Part shown: positions 28,301-37,051 of the stretch, in pieces | Numbering within the stretch: position 1 is the first letter of the stretch | Layout: every line of letters begins with the position of its first letter | Source of the DNA: Candidatus Melainabacteria bacterium 17Bon1m | Lineage (GTDB): Bacteria > Cyanobacteriota > Vampirovibrionia > Obscuribacterales > Obscuribacteraceae | Reading direction: 5' to 3' | NCBI GenBank assembly: GCA_032128875.1 | Contig: JAVLKG010000002.1 | Coordinates: 160,001-224,000 of the forward strand | DNA: 64,000 nt | Program-made: the position numbers and the translations under genes | Notes under the pieces: model-generated | Told to the model about the DNA's origin: nothing | What the model saw: only the letters and a program-made list of their open reading frames with translations | Database searches by the model: none

Positions 28301-29127
28301 AGTTCGTTAGAAAGCGTGAAGAAGATGTTTGCTTCAGCCAGCTCGCGCGTGCGCTCTTCGACTTTTGTTTCCAGGTCGGCATGCGCCGCGAGCAAACTGT
28401 CCTCTGCTCTTTTTCTGTCTGTGATGTCTTGGCTGAAAACCATGACGCCGGTAATTTTTCCATCCTTGTCTCTGAGCGGAATTTTGTCCACTAAAAGCCA
28501 GAGAATTTCGCCGGCTGAATTCACATATCGGTCGACAATGCCGAATTTCGCTTCGCCGGAATTGATGACACTTAGGTCGTCTTTGTGATACTTTGCAGCG
28601 TCTTCAGGATAAAGGTCGTAAGTCGATTTCCCGACGATGGTTTCCGTCGTATAGCCCATCGATTCGGCAGCCGGCTTGTTGGCGCGCAAAATGATGTTGT
28701 GGGGGTCCTTGTACCACAGCAATGCAGGCACATTGTCAAAAATAATTTGCTGTTCGGCTCTCGCCGCTCTTTCTTGCTGGACGAAATCGGTCAAATCGAC
28801 CGTCATTCCAAAGAGTTTCGTTTTCCCTTCTTTGATTTGAATATTGATGAGATCTTTGAGAAAGATCGTCTCGCCAGTCGGTTTTTTCCATTCATAAACC
28901 TCGGCCGCGCCGCTCGTCGCAAACCAATTCGCGTCAATCGTCGCTCCTGAGTCCAGAGCGTTCTTGATTCCAGGGTTTATAAAAGATGTTTTCCCCTGCA
29001 AAATCTCTTCTGCGGAATATCCCAGAAGCTTTTTTGCAGGCGTGCTTACAAAGGTGAAACGAAAGGGGGCAAGCTCTGCCTCCCAGATAACGCCGTCTAG
29101 GCTCTCTAAGATTTTTTTGTCAGTCAT
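25399..29127 (-). CDS. Multi-PAS hybrid histidine kinase (PAS x3-4, HisKA, HATPase, 2 REC, HPt)
   Basis: PAS/PAC repeats, FVANISHEVRTPI, NLASNAIKFT, GGTGLGLSI, FMDCQMPEMDG and HPt AHQLKG. Confidence 0.95.
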   Translation of the reverse strand: MTDKKILESLDGVIWEAELAPFRFTFVSTPAKKLLGYSAEEILQGKTSFINPGIKNALDSGATIDANWFATSGAAEVYEWKKPTGETIFLKDLINIQIKEGKTKLFGMTVDLTDFVQQERAARAEQQIIFDNVPALLWYKDPHNIILRANKPAAESMGYTTETIVGKSTYDLYPEDAAKYHKDDLSVINSGEAKFGIVDRYVNSAGEILWLLVDKIPLRDKDGKITGVMVFSQDITDRKRAEDSLLAAHADLETKVEERTRELAEANIFFTLSNELFCVAGFDGYFKQVNPEWTKVLGYSQEELLSRPYLELIHPEDREATAAQAEFLTNGKNIHFFENRYIAKDGSIKWLMWSASSNIETNLIYGVAHDITLRRQTEAQLEDVSARINNVARHLPGVIYQFLKKKSDNSYHFPYISESCRALFGFERHEIENDSNLAFVNIHPDDRGPLNEAIEKSAASMSVFKFEMRILIGSTMKYVRATSTPEYLENGDVLWNGLLMDISDLKAAEDKVKQLNEDLAQRVSILAAVNQELEILTHKLELAYDEALEASKLKSEFVANISHEVRTPISAVLGMTELLMDTTLSSEQSSFVKIVNESAQSLLTIINDILDFSKMEAGRLELEVIDLNVRSIVEGCADWLASSARRKRLALMTFCDPSIPQYVKGDPVRLRQVLLNLASNAIKFTENGEILVKASKFRESDERVVILFQVTDTGIGLSEAARKRLFQPFAQADGSTTRKYGGTGLGLSISKRLVEMMGGEIGVSSEEKKGSTFWFTVPLEREKWPAQPDLKAEQLQVVVPFDVLVIDSSPSSRSIITSYLSSAGIKVAEAAGPEEAHELLAQAVRDKVNYTVTIVDASQDSFNGFALAKKIIESHSETAGRVVLVASFDEKERMEKAVTDGVAACLVKPLRRAHLLEVVLKPGFRGQEILSMPEAVELGFDRALDDLVYKGAFQSETPITKDGKFRVLLAEDNPVLQQLAERQLRKFGLDVVIVSNGQEAVTEFEKQNQKHSEDHKNSRFDAIFMDCQMPEMDGYEATLEIRRLEETAGGRVPIVAMTAGAMPSDRERCIRSGMDDYLSKPVGHDQLRRVIASWIPLALNSTLEPMPSTEHPEMSTDESSKGDAKNSVNGDATLPINLNELRKLYGDDDLHDILKMFLSEATELLASARTQIDSRSDRELAATAHQLKGLSAVLCADNLTRLSLEIEQSAKKSAWEPAEATLGLLQEEFKKVKIFVDDFLKT

Positions 29128-29437
29128 TTAATGGTCGGAGCCATATGCCGGAAAGAAACCAATAAATCCATTCAAACCCGTCTAGAGCTAATCAGACCTA
29201 TCCAAATCCATTCAAACCAAGTTCTATCCAGGTTGAAGTGTAAAATTCAAGTTTCTCCGCAATATCCAGCATAGCTCACCCGACAGGAAGGCGGATCTAT
29301 TAATGAACTTGCCGGGCAAGATCGCTACATTTCTATGTAGGTCTCCGGGTAATAGCGCATCTACTTGTTAACTGGTTGTCGGGTAGCTGCGCCGAATTCC
29401 TTGACCTATCACTGCAACTTACTGGAAACTCTGAAAT

Positions 29438-30004
29438 ATGCGACGCCGTCCCCCTCAAATCATTGCCATCTGCGGTGGCTCCGGCTCCGGCAAATCCACC
29501 CTGGCGCGCAAGTTCGTCGGCGCGGCTGTGCTGGCAACCGACAGCTTCTATAAGGATATTGACGATTTAAAGCCCCGAGAGGACGGTACTTTCGATTTCG
29601 ACCACCCAGACGCTGTAGATTTGGACGAGTGCGCCGACGCGTGCATTAAACTTGCCGATGGCGAGGACATTATGATTCCGGTGTACGAGATGCGCAGCGC
29701 TAAGCGAGTTGGTCAGCAGATGGTGCCGGCTCCAACGAATTCTATTGTTGTGATTGAAGGCATTTACGCTTTCCACAATCCGCTGCACGAAATCGCGACG
29801 CTTCGTATCTTTATAGATACTCCAATCGATCAGCGCATGGCTCGCAGACTGCGTCGGGACGTAGAACGCGGGCGATCGACTCTAGAGTCGATTCAGTATA
29901 GTCTGCACGTTGAGGAAGCTTATTCGCGTTACGTTGAGCCAATGAGACATCTTGCCGACCTTATTTTGATGGGTGAAGAGATGCGAGGCAGTTTTTCGCT
30001 GTAG
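29438..30004 (+). CDS. udk: Uridine kinase
   Basis: IAICGGSGSGKST, DSFYK, FDHPDA, VIEGI, RRLRRDVERGR. Confidence 0.85.
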   Translation: MRRRPPQIIAICGGSGSGKSTLARKFVGAAVLATDSFYKDIDDLKPREDGTFDFDHPDAVDLDECADACIKLADGEDIMIPVYEMRSAKRVGQQMVPAPTNSIVVIEGIYAFHNPLHEIATLRIFIDTPIDQRMARRLRRDVERGRSTLESIQYSLHVEEAYSRYVEPMRHLADLILMGEEMRGSFSL

Positions 30005-30133
30005 CTCACCGCAATTCGCTGCAATACGCTGCAAGTCAGTGAAATCCGCGAGCAGTCCACTTAAATCTGCTGCAGTAATTAGTTAAGGACACTGGTGTCG
30101 TCGCCATTTTGAGGGGAAACAGAGGCTTTTATC

Positions 30134-31450
30134 GTGCAACTGAAGAAGCTTGATAATGCTCTGATTCTGATCTTCATTCTAGCCGCGCTTCTAGTGAGAG
30201 TGCCCTTTCTCTTCATCGTGCCCATGGTTGAGGCGCCCGATGAATATGCTCACTTCTGGGTTACAAAATTTTTGAGTGAAAACTTCACCGCGCCGGACGC
30301 CGCGCAGGTTGCGGCGGGCGGTCCATCTGCCGTTTATGGCTCACTGCCGCCTTTTGCTTACCTTCCACATGTGCTCTTTTCGCACTTAATTCCGGGTGTC
30401 GATATCTCCTTTTCCGAACGCATCGGTAGCATCCTTGGTGGACTCGTTACAGTCTTTGCTGCGTGTCGCATAAGCGCATTGCTGTTTGCCTCTAATCGTG
30501 CTCTTCGTCTTGCGCTTCCTCTGTGCGTTGTCCTGCATCCTCAATTTGGCTTCGTCAATGCATATTGCAATAGTGACTCTACCGCGTGTGCTTTTGCTTC
30601 GCTTTTGATTTGGACGAGCCTCGTGGTGATCTTTCGTGGACCTGAATTGCGATACGCCGCATTTGCCGGAATCTTGTGCGCTTTTATCGCTTTGAGCAAG
30701 TTTTCGGCATTGGCGATTGTGCCAGTCATTTTCTTTGCAATAATCGCATCGTGTTGGATCTATAAAAAGAACGCCGTGCAGACGGTCGCTTCTTTGGGTT
30801 TGACAGCCCTCACTGCGGCACTCATTTGTGTGCCCTGGTTTGCCCGCAATGCTGCCGTCTTTCATGGTGACTGGTTGGGCACCATCACCATGCGCGACAC
30901 CTGGGCCAAAACGTTTAATCGCTCGATTGAGCCTGTTAGTTTATCGTCGGTACTAAAACAAAAGGTATGGTGGCAACAATTATTTTGCAGCTTTTGGGCT
31001 GTCTTTGGATATCAAAAACACTATCTGCCAGCCGGTTTTTACCTCGCCTACCTTTCTATGATTCTCATTTCTAGCGCCGGCACTTTCACACAAATTTCAC
31101 AAGCAGTTCGCGCGAGATCAATTTCCTTTGATTTCCTGAGACGCCTTAGAGAAGGTGATGATGTGAGGTTGAAACATCAAGCGGCCTGGCTCAGCTTGTG
31201 GGTTTGCGTCGCATTTAGTTGTGCAGGACTTCTCTATGCTGCAGTGCAAAATCTAGGTGGTCCGCAAGGTCGATATCTGTTTCCCAGCGAAATTGCATTC
31301 ATGGCAATTATCCTTTCTGGACTTTATGAAGTTAATCAGAAGTGGGGCACACGGCTGGTCTTTGCTTTCATCGGTCTTAATGGAGTGACACTCATTTATT
31401 CTATGATTTTGCTTTACTCTATGTTCGGCGTGCGCATAAAGCCCTATTGA
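30134..31450 (+). CDS. GT-C fold glycosyltransferase, paralogue of 15823-17187
   Basis: EAPDEYAHFWV, YGSLPPFAYLP, LHPQ, WFARN, GPQGRYLFPS. Confidence 0.8.
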   Translation: MQLKKLDNALILIFILAALLVRVPFLFIVPMVEAPDEYAHFWVTKFLSENFTAPDAAQVAAGGPSAVYGSLPPFAYLPHVLFSHLIPGVDISFSERIGSILGGLVTVFAACRISALLFASNRALRLALPLCVVLHPQFGFVNAYCNSDSTACAFASLLIWTSLVVIFRGPELRYAAFAGILCAFIALSKFSALAIVPVIFFAIIASCWIYKKNAVQTVASLGLTALTAALICVPWFARNAAVFHGDWLGTITMRDTWAKTFNRSIEPVSLSSVLKQKVWWQQLFCSFWAVFGYQKHYLPAGFYLAYLSMILISSAGTFTQISQAVRARSISFDFLRRLREGDDVRLKHQAAWLSLWVCVAFSCAGLLYAAVQNLGGPQGRYLFPSEIAFMAIILSGLYEVNQKWGTRLVFAFIGLNGVTLIYSMILLYSMFGVRIKPY

Positions 31451-31486
31451 ACTTCACCTTGATTACACGAAAAACACACAATTTTG

Positions 31487-31861
31487 TCACGCAAATCTAA
31501 GGTACCGGCCGCATTTGCGTGGGAATGCTTCTGATAGAAGAAAAAAATCGATAGTGGAGGAACGTGTGATTCCTAAGGCTAGAACCTCTGGAAGGTTTGC
31601 CACCTTGAGTGCGGTCGCCTGCCGCTGGCAAGGAACCGCTAAGTAATCGGTTGGTTTGCGGCAGTACTCTGCCATCATCCACGGTGAGTGCGAGGCTCAT
31701 TTAGGATTGGATAAGGTCAAAGCAGATCAGACTAGACCTTAGCAGACCAACCGATCAATTTTCAGAAAAGAAACTCTACTGAAGCTGTGGGCAAGTGCCG
31801 AGTGTCGGGTTTCCCCCGAACGAACGCCGAGGAGCCGTACGCGGCTCTTCGGTGCCTTTTT
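31487..31861 (+). ncRNA. Candidate structured non-coding RNA (family not recognised)
   Basis: Dense nested stems, including 14-bp ATCGGTTGGTTTGC/GCAGACCAACCGAT enclosing three hairpins. Wobble pairs are G-U on the + strand. Ends in a terminator and lies between convergent genes. Confidence 0.55.
31826..31861 (+). terminator. Rho-independent terminator
   Basis: GCCGAGGAGCCG-TACG-CGGCTCTTCGGT hairpin followed by GCCTTTTT. Confidence 0.7.
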
Positions 31862-31864
31862 ACC

Positions 31865-32076
31865 TGCTGGCGTTGGGGCCTGCTGGCGTGGGGGCTTGCT
31901 GGCGTGGGGGCTTGCTGGCGTGGGGGCGCGTTGCACGCGCCCGATTTTTTTATGGTCGCGTGCAACGCGACCCCACGATATTATTTAGGTCGCATGAATG
32001 CGACCCCACGATATTATTTAGGTCGCATGAATGCGACCACACGATATTATTTAGGTCGCATGCAATGCGACCACAT
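31865..32076. repeat. REP doublet flanked by 16-bp and 33-bp tandem arrays
   Basis: TGCTGGCGTGGGGGCT-like x3 leads into a REP at 31919-31942. Inverted REPs GGTCGCRTG(C)AAYGCGACC start at 31954, 31988, 32021 and 32054, with an identical ACGATATTATTTA linker. Confidence 0.88.
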
Positions 32077-32080
32077 GCTT

Positions 32081-33568
32081 TTACTTCTCTAAGTTCAAAT
32101 CTGTGCGCAGCTTGCGAGGGTTTTGCCAGCCCATTTCATCGATAGCTGTGTCGAAATCGACGCGGCTTCGGCAGCAGTAGTTGAGCACGATAATCGCTTG
32201 TTCAAGCTTCATCAAAGTGGCTTCAATGAGCGGTCTTACGATGTGCGCTGCTTCGAAGGTATTCTTGTCGAACTTGCCTGCTGAAACCAAAATGTCGACG
32301 ATATCTCCGCCGTGTTTCCTCAGCACGGTCTGTGCTGTTTGAATATCAGTATCCGTAATAATTCCGGCTTGCTTGAGCAAATCGAACGCATTGCGGATCT
32401 TTTGAATTTCTTCGGGAGACTTCTGCCCTTTCTTCAGAGGTGCTGCCGGCTTGTCCGTTTCGCCTGCTGGAGCGCTGGCAGCTGGAGTCGGTGCAGCAGA
32501 TTTCTGTGGTGGCGCCGGTGGTGCGTTCTTCGCTTTGTCTCGCATTTTTTCCAGCACATCGCCAGTCAAATAATTGTCGATTCTCGAGCCTTCGCCGTGA
32601 AAACGTTCAAGCGCAGCCGGCGCGATTTCCGGGTCGATCTTCCCGTCATCAACCATCCCTTGAATTTTGAGCGCGGCTTCCAATGTTGTCTGTTTAATCA
32701 AATGCGCGTTGAGCAGCAGCGTGCCCAGATCCAGGGTCTGAGTCTTCGAAATCAAACTCATGTCGATACGCTTGAAGACGCCACTGTCGCCAAGCAAAGG
32801 AGTCATGGCGGTCTGAGCCGGAGGCGGCGCTGCCGGCGCAGGAGCGGGCACAGGCGGTGCGGGAACTGGAGCCGGAGCCATAGGAGCCATCGGCATTCCT
32901 GGCGCCATGCCTGGCTGCATCCAGGCGTTAGGATCGCCGGGCATTCCAGGCATACCTGGCATCATGCCTGGCATTCCGGGATACATTTGCTGAGGCATGG
33001 GCGGATAACCTGGCATCGGCGGTGGCGGATAACCAGGCATGGGAGGCGGATACATCTGCCCTGGCATGCCATAACCGGGCGGCGGATACCCACCGTAAGG
33101 GTTGTTGTACGCGGGCATCGTGCCCTGAGTAAAGTCTGAGCCGCCCGGAACCGGCGGGGGCGGCGCATAGGCCGGACCCGGAGGCGGGGTGACTTCAATC
33201 TTGTGGCTCTCTTTCGCCTTCAAAGAATCAGGAATTTTTGCGCCATCGGCATCAACAGCCGCCATGGCCGCCATGTCATACAAAAGTTGCAAGTCCGCCG
33301 ACCCGAAAGGCTTACTCCAGTGCATTTTCGAGTCTTCGCCCGACTGCTCATAGAGTGACCAAACCGGCAAATCCGCGCCATCTTCCCACTGGCAAGTGAG
33401 GGTGAACATCTGCCCCGGCTTCTTCGTCCGCCAAGGGACTTCAATCAGGCACCCGCGGCGGGTCTTGGACTCCGTGTACGCGAGGTCGATCATATGATAC
33501 GGGGGCAACTGGCTCTGAATGTCCAGTCTAAGACGATTTCCTGTCTTGGGTGGTGGTTGAGATTGCAT
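32081..33568 (-). CDS. Hypothetical protein with a Pro/Met/Gly-rich region and MshEN-like repeats
   Basis: LGTLLLNAHLIKQTTLEAALKIQ and LLKQAGIITDTDIQTA resemble MshEN/GspE-N motifs; PGMPGM region. Confidence 0.75.
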   Translation of the reverse strand: MQSQPPPKTGNRLRLDIQSQLPPYHMIDLAYTESKTRRGCLIEVPWRTKKPGQMFTLTCQWEDGADLPVWSLYEQSGEDSKMHWSKPFGSADLQLLYDMAAMAAVDADGAKIPDSLKAKESHKIEVTPPPGPAYAPPPPVPGGSDFTQGTMPAYNNPYGGYPPPGYGMPGQMYPPPMPGYPPPPMPGYPPMPQQMYPGMPGMMPGMPGMPGDPNAWMQPGMAPGMPMAPMAPAPVPAPPVPAPAPAAPPPAQTAMTPLLGDSGVFKRIDMSLISKTQTLDLGTLLLNAHLIKQTTLEAALKIQGMVDDGKIDPEIAPAALERFHGEGSRIDNYLTGDVLEKMRDKAKNAPPAPPQKSAAPTPAASAPAGETDKPAAPLKKGQKSPEEIQKIRNAFDLLKQAGIITDTDIQTAQTVLRKHGGDIVDILVSAGKFDKNTFEAAHIVRPLIEATLMKLEQAIIVLNYCCRSRVDFDTAIDEMGWQNPRKLRTDLNLEK

Positions 33569-33615
33569 AGGATTCTCTAGGACTTACTTTTTTCTATATG
33601 CCCTGTAGGTTTTGA

Positions 33616-36600
33616 TTATGACATTAGCTGTAACTTCGATGTGCCATTCATTTTCGTTATCTGAATGTGCGCTGGAAACATCTCCTTAATGTCGCTCATG
33701 TGGGTGATCACGAGGATGCGAGCAAAATCGTTTTGTATTGATTGAATTGCTTTTACCAGACGGTCGCGGCTGACCTCGTCCTGAGACCCGAAGCCTTCGT
33801 CGATTATCAGGGTCTCCAGCTTAGCGCCAGACCGGCGGGCGAGCAATCTGGACAGCGCAACGCGGACCGCGAAATTTACCTTAAAAGCCTCGCCGCCACT
33901 ATAAAGTTCGTAACTTCTGGTCCCCACCTCGTCAGCAATCATCAAATCGAGCGTCTCTACCATCGAGCCGGATTTTGTCTTTTGCTGGGTGACGAGAGCT
34001 ACGTGCATTCTGTTATCGGACAGTCTCGACAAAATTCGGTTAGCATCGCTTTCGATTTCGGGCACGGCGTTCTCGATGATGACCGCCTGGATACCCTTGC
34101 GTCCAAACGATTCCGAAAGGAAAAGGTAGTCATCGATATCTGCGTCGAGATCCTTAAGCTCTCGCCGGCGATCTTTCATTTGCGCAATTTCGTTGTTCAA
34201 TGTGTCCAAACGCGACTGTGAAATGGCGCAGCGGTTGGAGACCTGTTCTTTCTCTTTGCGCAGTGCTTCCAGCTCAGGCTTTATTGACTCCATCGCTTCG
34301 ATGCTATCAGGCAGTTTTTCCACCTGCTGTTGAAACGCAATCAGAGATGATTTAGCGTCTTCTAACTGAGTTTGCTTGGCTGCTTTCAAAGTCAAACACT
34401 CATCCAGGCTCTTCTTCAATTCAGGCTTATCTTCAAGTGCGCGCTTCAGCTCTCTGACCTGTTCAAGCGCTGGAGCTAATTCTTCCAATTCTTTGCGCAT
34501 CTGCAAGTGTTCGTCACGGTTATACTTCAGCTCTTCAAGCTTTTCTTTGACTCCTTTGAGCGCTTCGCGAGCCTCTGTGCCATATGTTTCGCCTTGCAAT
34601 TCGGCGTTTAATTTGGACAATTCTTCCTGACGCTGAGGCAGCTCGATGTCGAGTTCTTTGAGGTCTGCAAGGTCGCGCTTCATTTGGTTGAAACGCGATT
34701 CAATGTGCCGTTGAGCACGAACTTGCCCTTTCAAACTCGAATACGAAATGGGGTCGAAATCAAGCTTGTGAATCTCGGCTTTGACTGCGATGAGCGACTC
34801 TCTTTCTACTTGCGCATAGTCGCCGTCCGCCAATTGTTTTTTCAAAATTTCTAGTTCGTTTTTCACTGATTGGAAATTCTGAGCCGCTCGCTCAACTGCT
34901 GTGCGTCTCTCGTTGAGCTGACCAATTCGTTTGTCCAACTCTTTGCGATTTTCGAGTTGTTTTTTCAATTCGAGATATTTCTTGCGCAAGTCGCTCCGCT
35001 CTCCTTCGAGCTTTCCTTTGCGGCTTTTTGTCTCGGCGATTTCGCTGTCGATGTCTTCGTTTTGTTTTAAATACCTGGTGATCACAGCTTTGCGATCGAC
35101 AATTGGAGCGCAACACAAGGGACAAACAGAGCTGTGCTCGTGCTCTTCCAGCTCTTTGATTTTGTCTAGATTTTCTTTCTGGCGTCCCACCAAAACAGTT
35201 ACATGCGCATCCAAAGATTCAATCTCAGACTTGATTTCCAAGCCGCGCTGTTCAACTATGTCGAATTCAGCTTCCAGCGCATCGAGATTGTGCGATTCTT
35301 TTTCAATGGCATGGTGCTGCTCGTCGAGACTTTCTTTGCTGGTCAAAATTGATGCAAGTTCGGCCTCTTGCGATTCCTTTTGAGAAACCTTTGCTTCCAA
35401 TCGAATCTTCTCTTCAGTCATCTGAGAATTCAATTCGGCAGCTCTTTCGTTCAGCCTGGTATGCGCTTCTTGATTCTTCGATTGCTCTGCTTCTTTCTGC
35501 GACAGCTCCCGAAATTCGTCGAATTGCTTTTGAACCTTTTCCCAATCTTGAGTTTCTGTGCTCAATTTTTTATGACGCTTTTCGAGCTCTTTTAGTCTGC
35601 TCTCAACATTCTCAACCTGGAGTTCAAGGCGGCTTCTCAATTGTGCAAGCGTGGATTGCAAGTCCATGCGTTTTGTCGTCAGCTCCTGCTGAATCAGCGC
35701 TTTCTGCTCCATCTCCGTAAGCCCGGCTTTGAGCTTTTCGTACTTGGTCGCCTTCTCTTCAATTAGCGGTGAGTCGCTGACGAGTTTTGCAATTGCATCG
35801 AGCTTGTTTGTGAGAGTGACGGATTGCTCCTCGAGATTGGCAACAGCAGCAGTCAATTCTTCAATCTGTGTCTCAGTCAGCTCCATTTTTTGTTTGTTGA
35901 GCGTGAGCGATTGAATTTGCTCGTTCAGCTTTTGCGCAGATTCTTCTTGCGCGCTCAATTTTTCCGTCAAGGCTTCGAATTCGCCTTTCGCCTGCAGCAA
36001 GTCAGCATCCGCTTGCGCTAGTTCAGCCTCCGCCTCAGGCAAACGCGAGAGAGACATCTCCATCGCTTCTCGTTTGACTTTCAGCGCGCGTGCATGATCG
36101 CGCGATTGCTCTTTGAGTTTTTCAAAGTATGACAGTCCCAGAATTTCTCCGAGAACCTGCTTCCTGTCGGACGCTGCGCGCGTCGTAAATTCGTCTGCCT
36201 TTCCTTGCCGCAGGTAGGCGCTGTTGATGAAGGTGTCATAGTCCATGCGCAGAAGTTCGTTGATGTGCTTCTGCGTATCCTTCATCGTGTTGCCGGTCAG
36301 ACTGCGCCAGACGTCGTTTTCTCCGGGCAAGGAAGCGAGGACGTATCTGCGTCCATTACCGTTGCCGTGTCCGTTGCTCTCGCTATGTCCGTTGCCTTCG
36401 CCATGTCCGTGTTCTTTGCTATCTCCGGGGTCGTCGCTACTGCCACTGATGTGCGAATCATCATACTGAGCGGTATCCCCTTCACCGGCGCGGTTGAGAA
36501 TCTGAAATTCCAAGTTGCCTTTGGACGTTGTCTTCCCTCCCGACTTGCCGCCGCCCTTCATGCGTTGTCGTCGCACACGATAGGTGCGGTTTTCGTGCAA

Positions 36601-36819
36601 AAACGTGAGGTCAACCCAAGTCTCTTTCTCGCCAATGCGCATTAATTCGTCCGACGAAGCCCGCGCTGACTCCCAGAGCGCCCAAGTTACAGCATCGAGA
36701 ATCGCGGATTTACCCGCGCCATTGTGCCCGGAAAGGCACGCCACCGGTACCGTCGTCAAATCGAGAGTGGCGTCGGCGTAGCTCATAAAGTTGTGCAGTG
36801 TGATGGAGATGATAATCAT
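33616..36819 (-). CDS. sbcC: SbcC/Rad50 SMC-family ATPase
   Basis: LHNFMSY, Walker A GHNGAGKS, YLRQG, long coiled coil with central CPLC zinc hook, signature YSGGE, Walker B IIDEGFG, ITH. ATG 36819 follows AGGAG. Confidence 0.92.
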   Translation of the reverse strand: MIIISITLHNFMSYADATLDLTTVPVACLSGHNGAGKSAILDAVTWALWESARASSDELMRIGEKETWVDLTFLHENRTYRVRRQRMKGGGKSGGKTTSKGNLEFQILNRAGEGDTAQYDDSHISGSSDDPGDSKEHGHGEGNGHSESNGHGNGNGRRYVLASLPGENDVWRSLTGNTMKDTQKHINELLRMDYDTFINSAYLRQGKADEFTTRAASDRKQVLGEILGLSYFEKLKEQSRDHARALKVKREAMEMSLSRLPEAEAELAQADADLLQAKGEFEALTEKLSAQEESAQKLNEQIQSLTLNKQKMELTETQIEELTAAVANLEEQSVTLTNKLDAIAKLVSDSPLIEEKATKYEKLKAGLTEMEQKALIQQELTTKRMDLQSTLAQLRSRLELQVENVESRLKELEKRHKKLSTETQDWEKVQKQFDEFRELSQKEAEQSKNQEAHTRLNERAAELNSQMTEEKIRLEAKVSQKESQEAELASILTSKESLDEQHHAIEKESHNLDALEAEFDIVEQRGLEIKSEIESLDAHVTVLVGRQKENLDKIKELEEHEHSSVCPLCCAPIVDRKAVITRYLKQNEDIDSEIAETKSRKGKLEGERSDLRKKYLELKKQLENRKELDKRIGQLNERRTAVERAAQNFQSVKNELEILKKQLADGDYAQVERESLIAVKAEIHKLDFDPISYSSLKGQVRAQRHIESRFNQMKRDLADLKELDIELPQRQEELSKLNAELQGETYGTEAREALKGVKEKLEELKYNRDEHLQMRKELEELAPALEQVRELKRALEDKPELKKSLDECLTLKAAKQTQLEDAKSSLIAFQQQVEKLPDSIEAMESIKPELEALRKEKEQVSNRCAISQSRLDTLNNEIAQMKDRRRELKDLDADIDDYLFLSESFGRKGIQAVIIENAVPEIESDANRILSRLSDNRMHVALVTQQKTKSGSMVETLDLMIADEVGTRSYELYSGGEAFKVNFAVRVALSRLLARRSGAKLETLIIDEGFGSQDEVSRDRLVKAIQSIQNDFARILVITHMSDIKEMFPAHIQITKMNGTSKLQLMS

Positions 36820-37051
36820 CTGCCTGCTCCTGCGCTCGGGCGTCCGGCTTTTCCGCGGCCGGCTCAACTTTTGATTCTAACCTCTAATAATTGTCATGAG
36901 TGTTTGTATATATGAGCTATATGGTTTTAAAAGATGAAGTTTGAAAATCTCAGGTTCTGGTCGGGCTTACGCAAGTGCGCCTGAACACTGCCATAATCAA
37001 GAATGGCTGAAGTGCAGCGGTGTTGTGGGACGTGTTTGGGAGTTGAACTAA

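Noticed and set aside
31550-31830. RNase P, tmRNA, SRP, c-di-GMP-I or c-di-AMP riboswitch identity for the structured region
   Set aside because: Only short fragments resemble them (GGAGGAA; GGCAAACC on the minus strand). The diagnostic partner motifs are missing, and there is no downstream gene to regulate.
31830-31850. GAGCCGTACGCG as group II intron domain V
   Set aside because: It closes at once as a simple hairpin. The GNRA loop, AC bulge and domain VI are absent, and no reverse transcriptase gene is nearby.
31954-32076. Palindromic 33-bp periodic repeats as a CRISPR array
   Set aside because: The linkers are identical and only about 13 nt long, there are no cas genes, and the palindrome belongs to the dispersed REP family.
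36310-36492. Intein in SbcC
   Set aside because: The insert is too short and low complexity, with no C/S start and HN-C/S/T end motifs.
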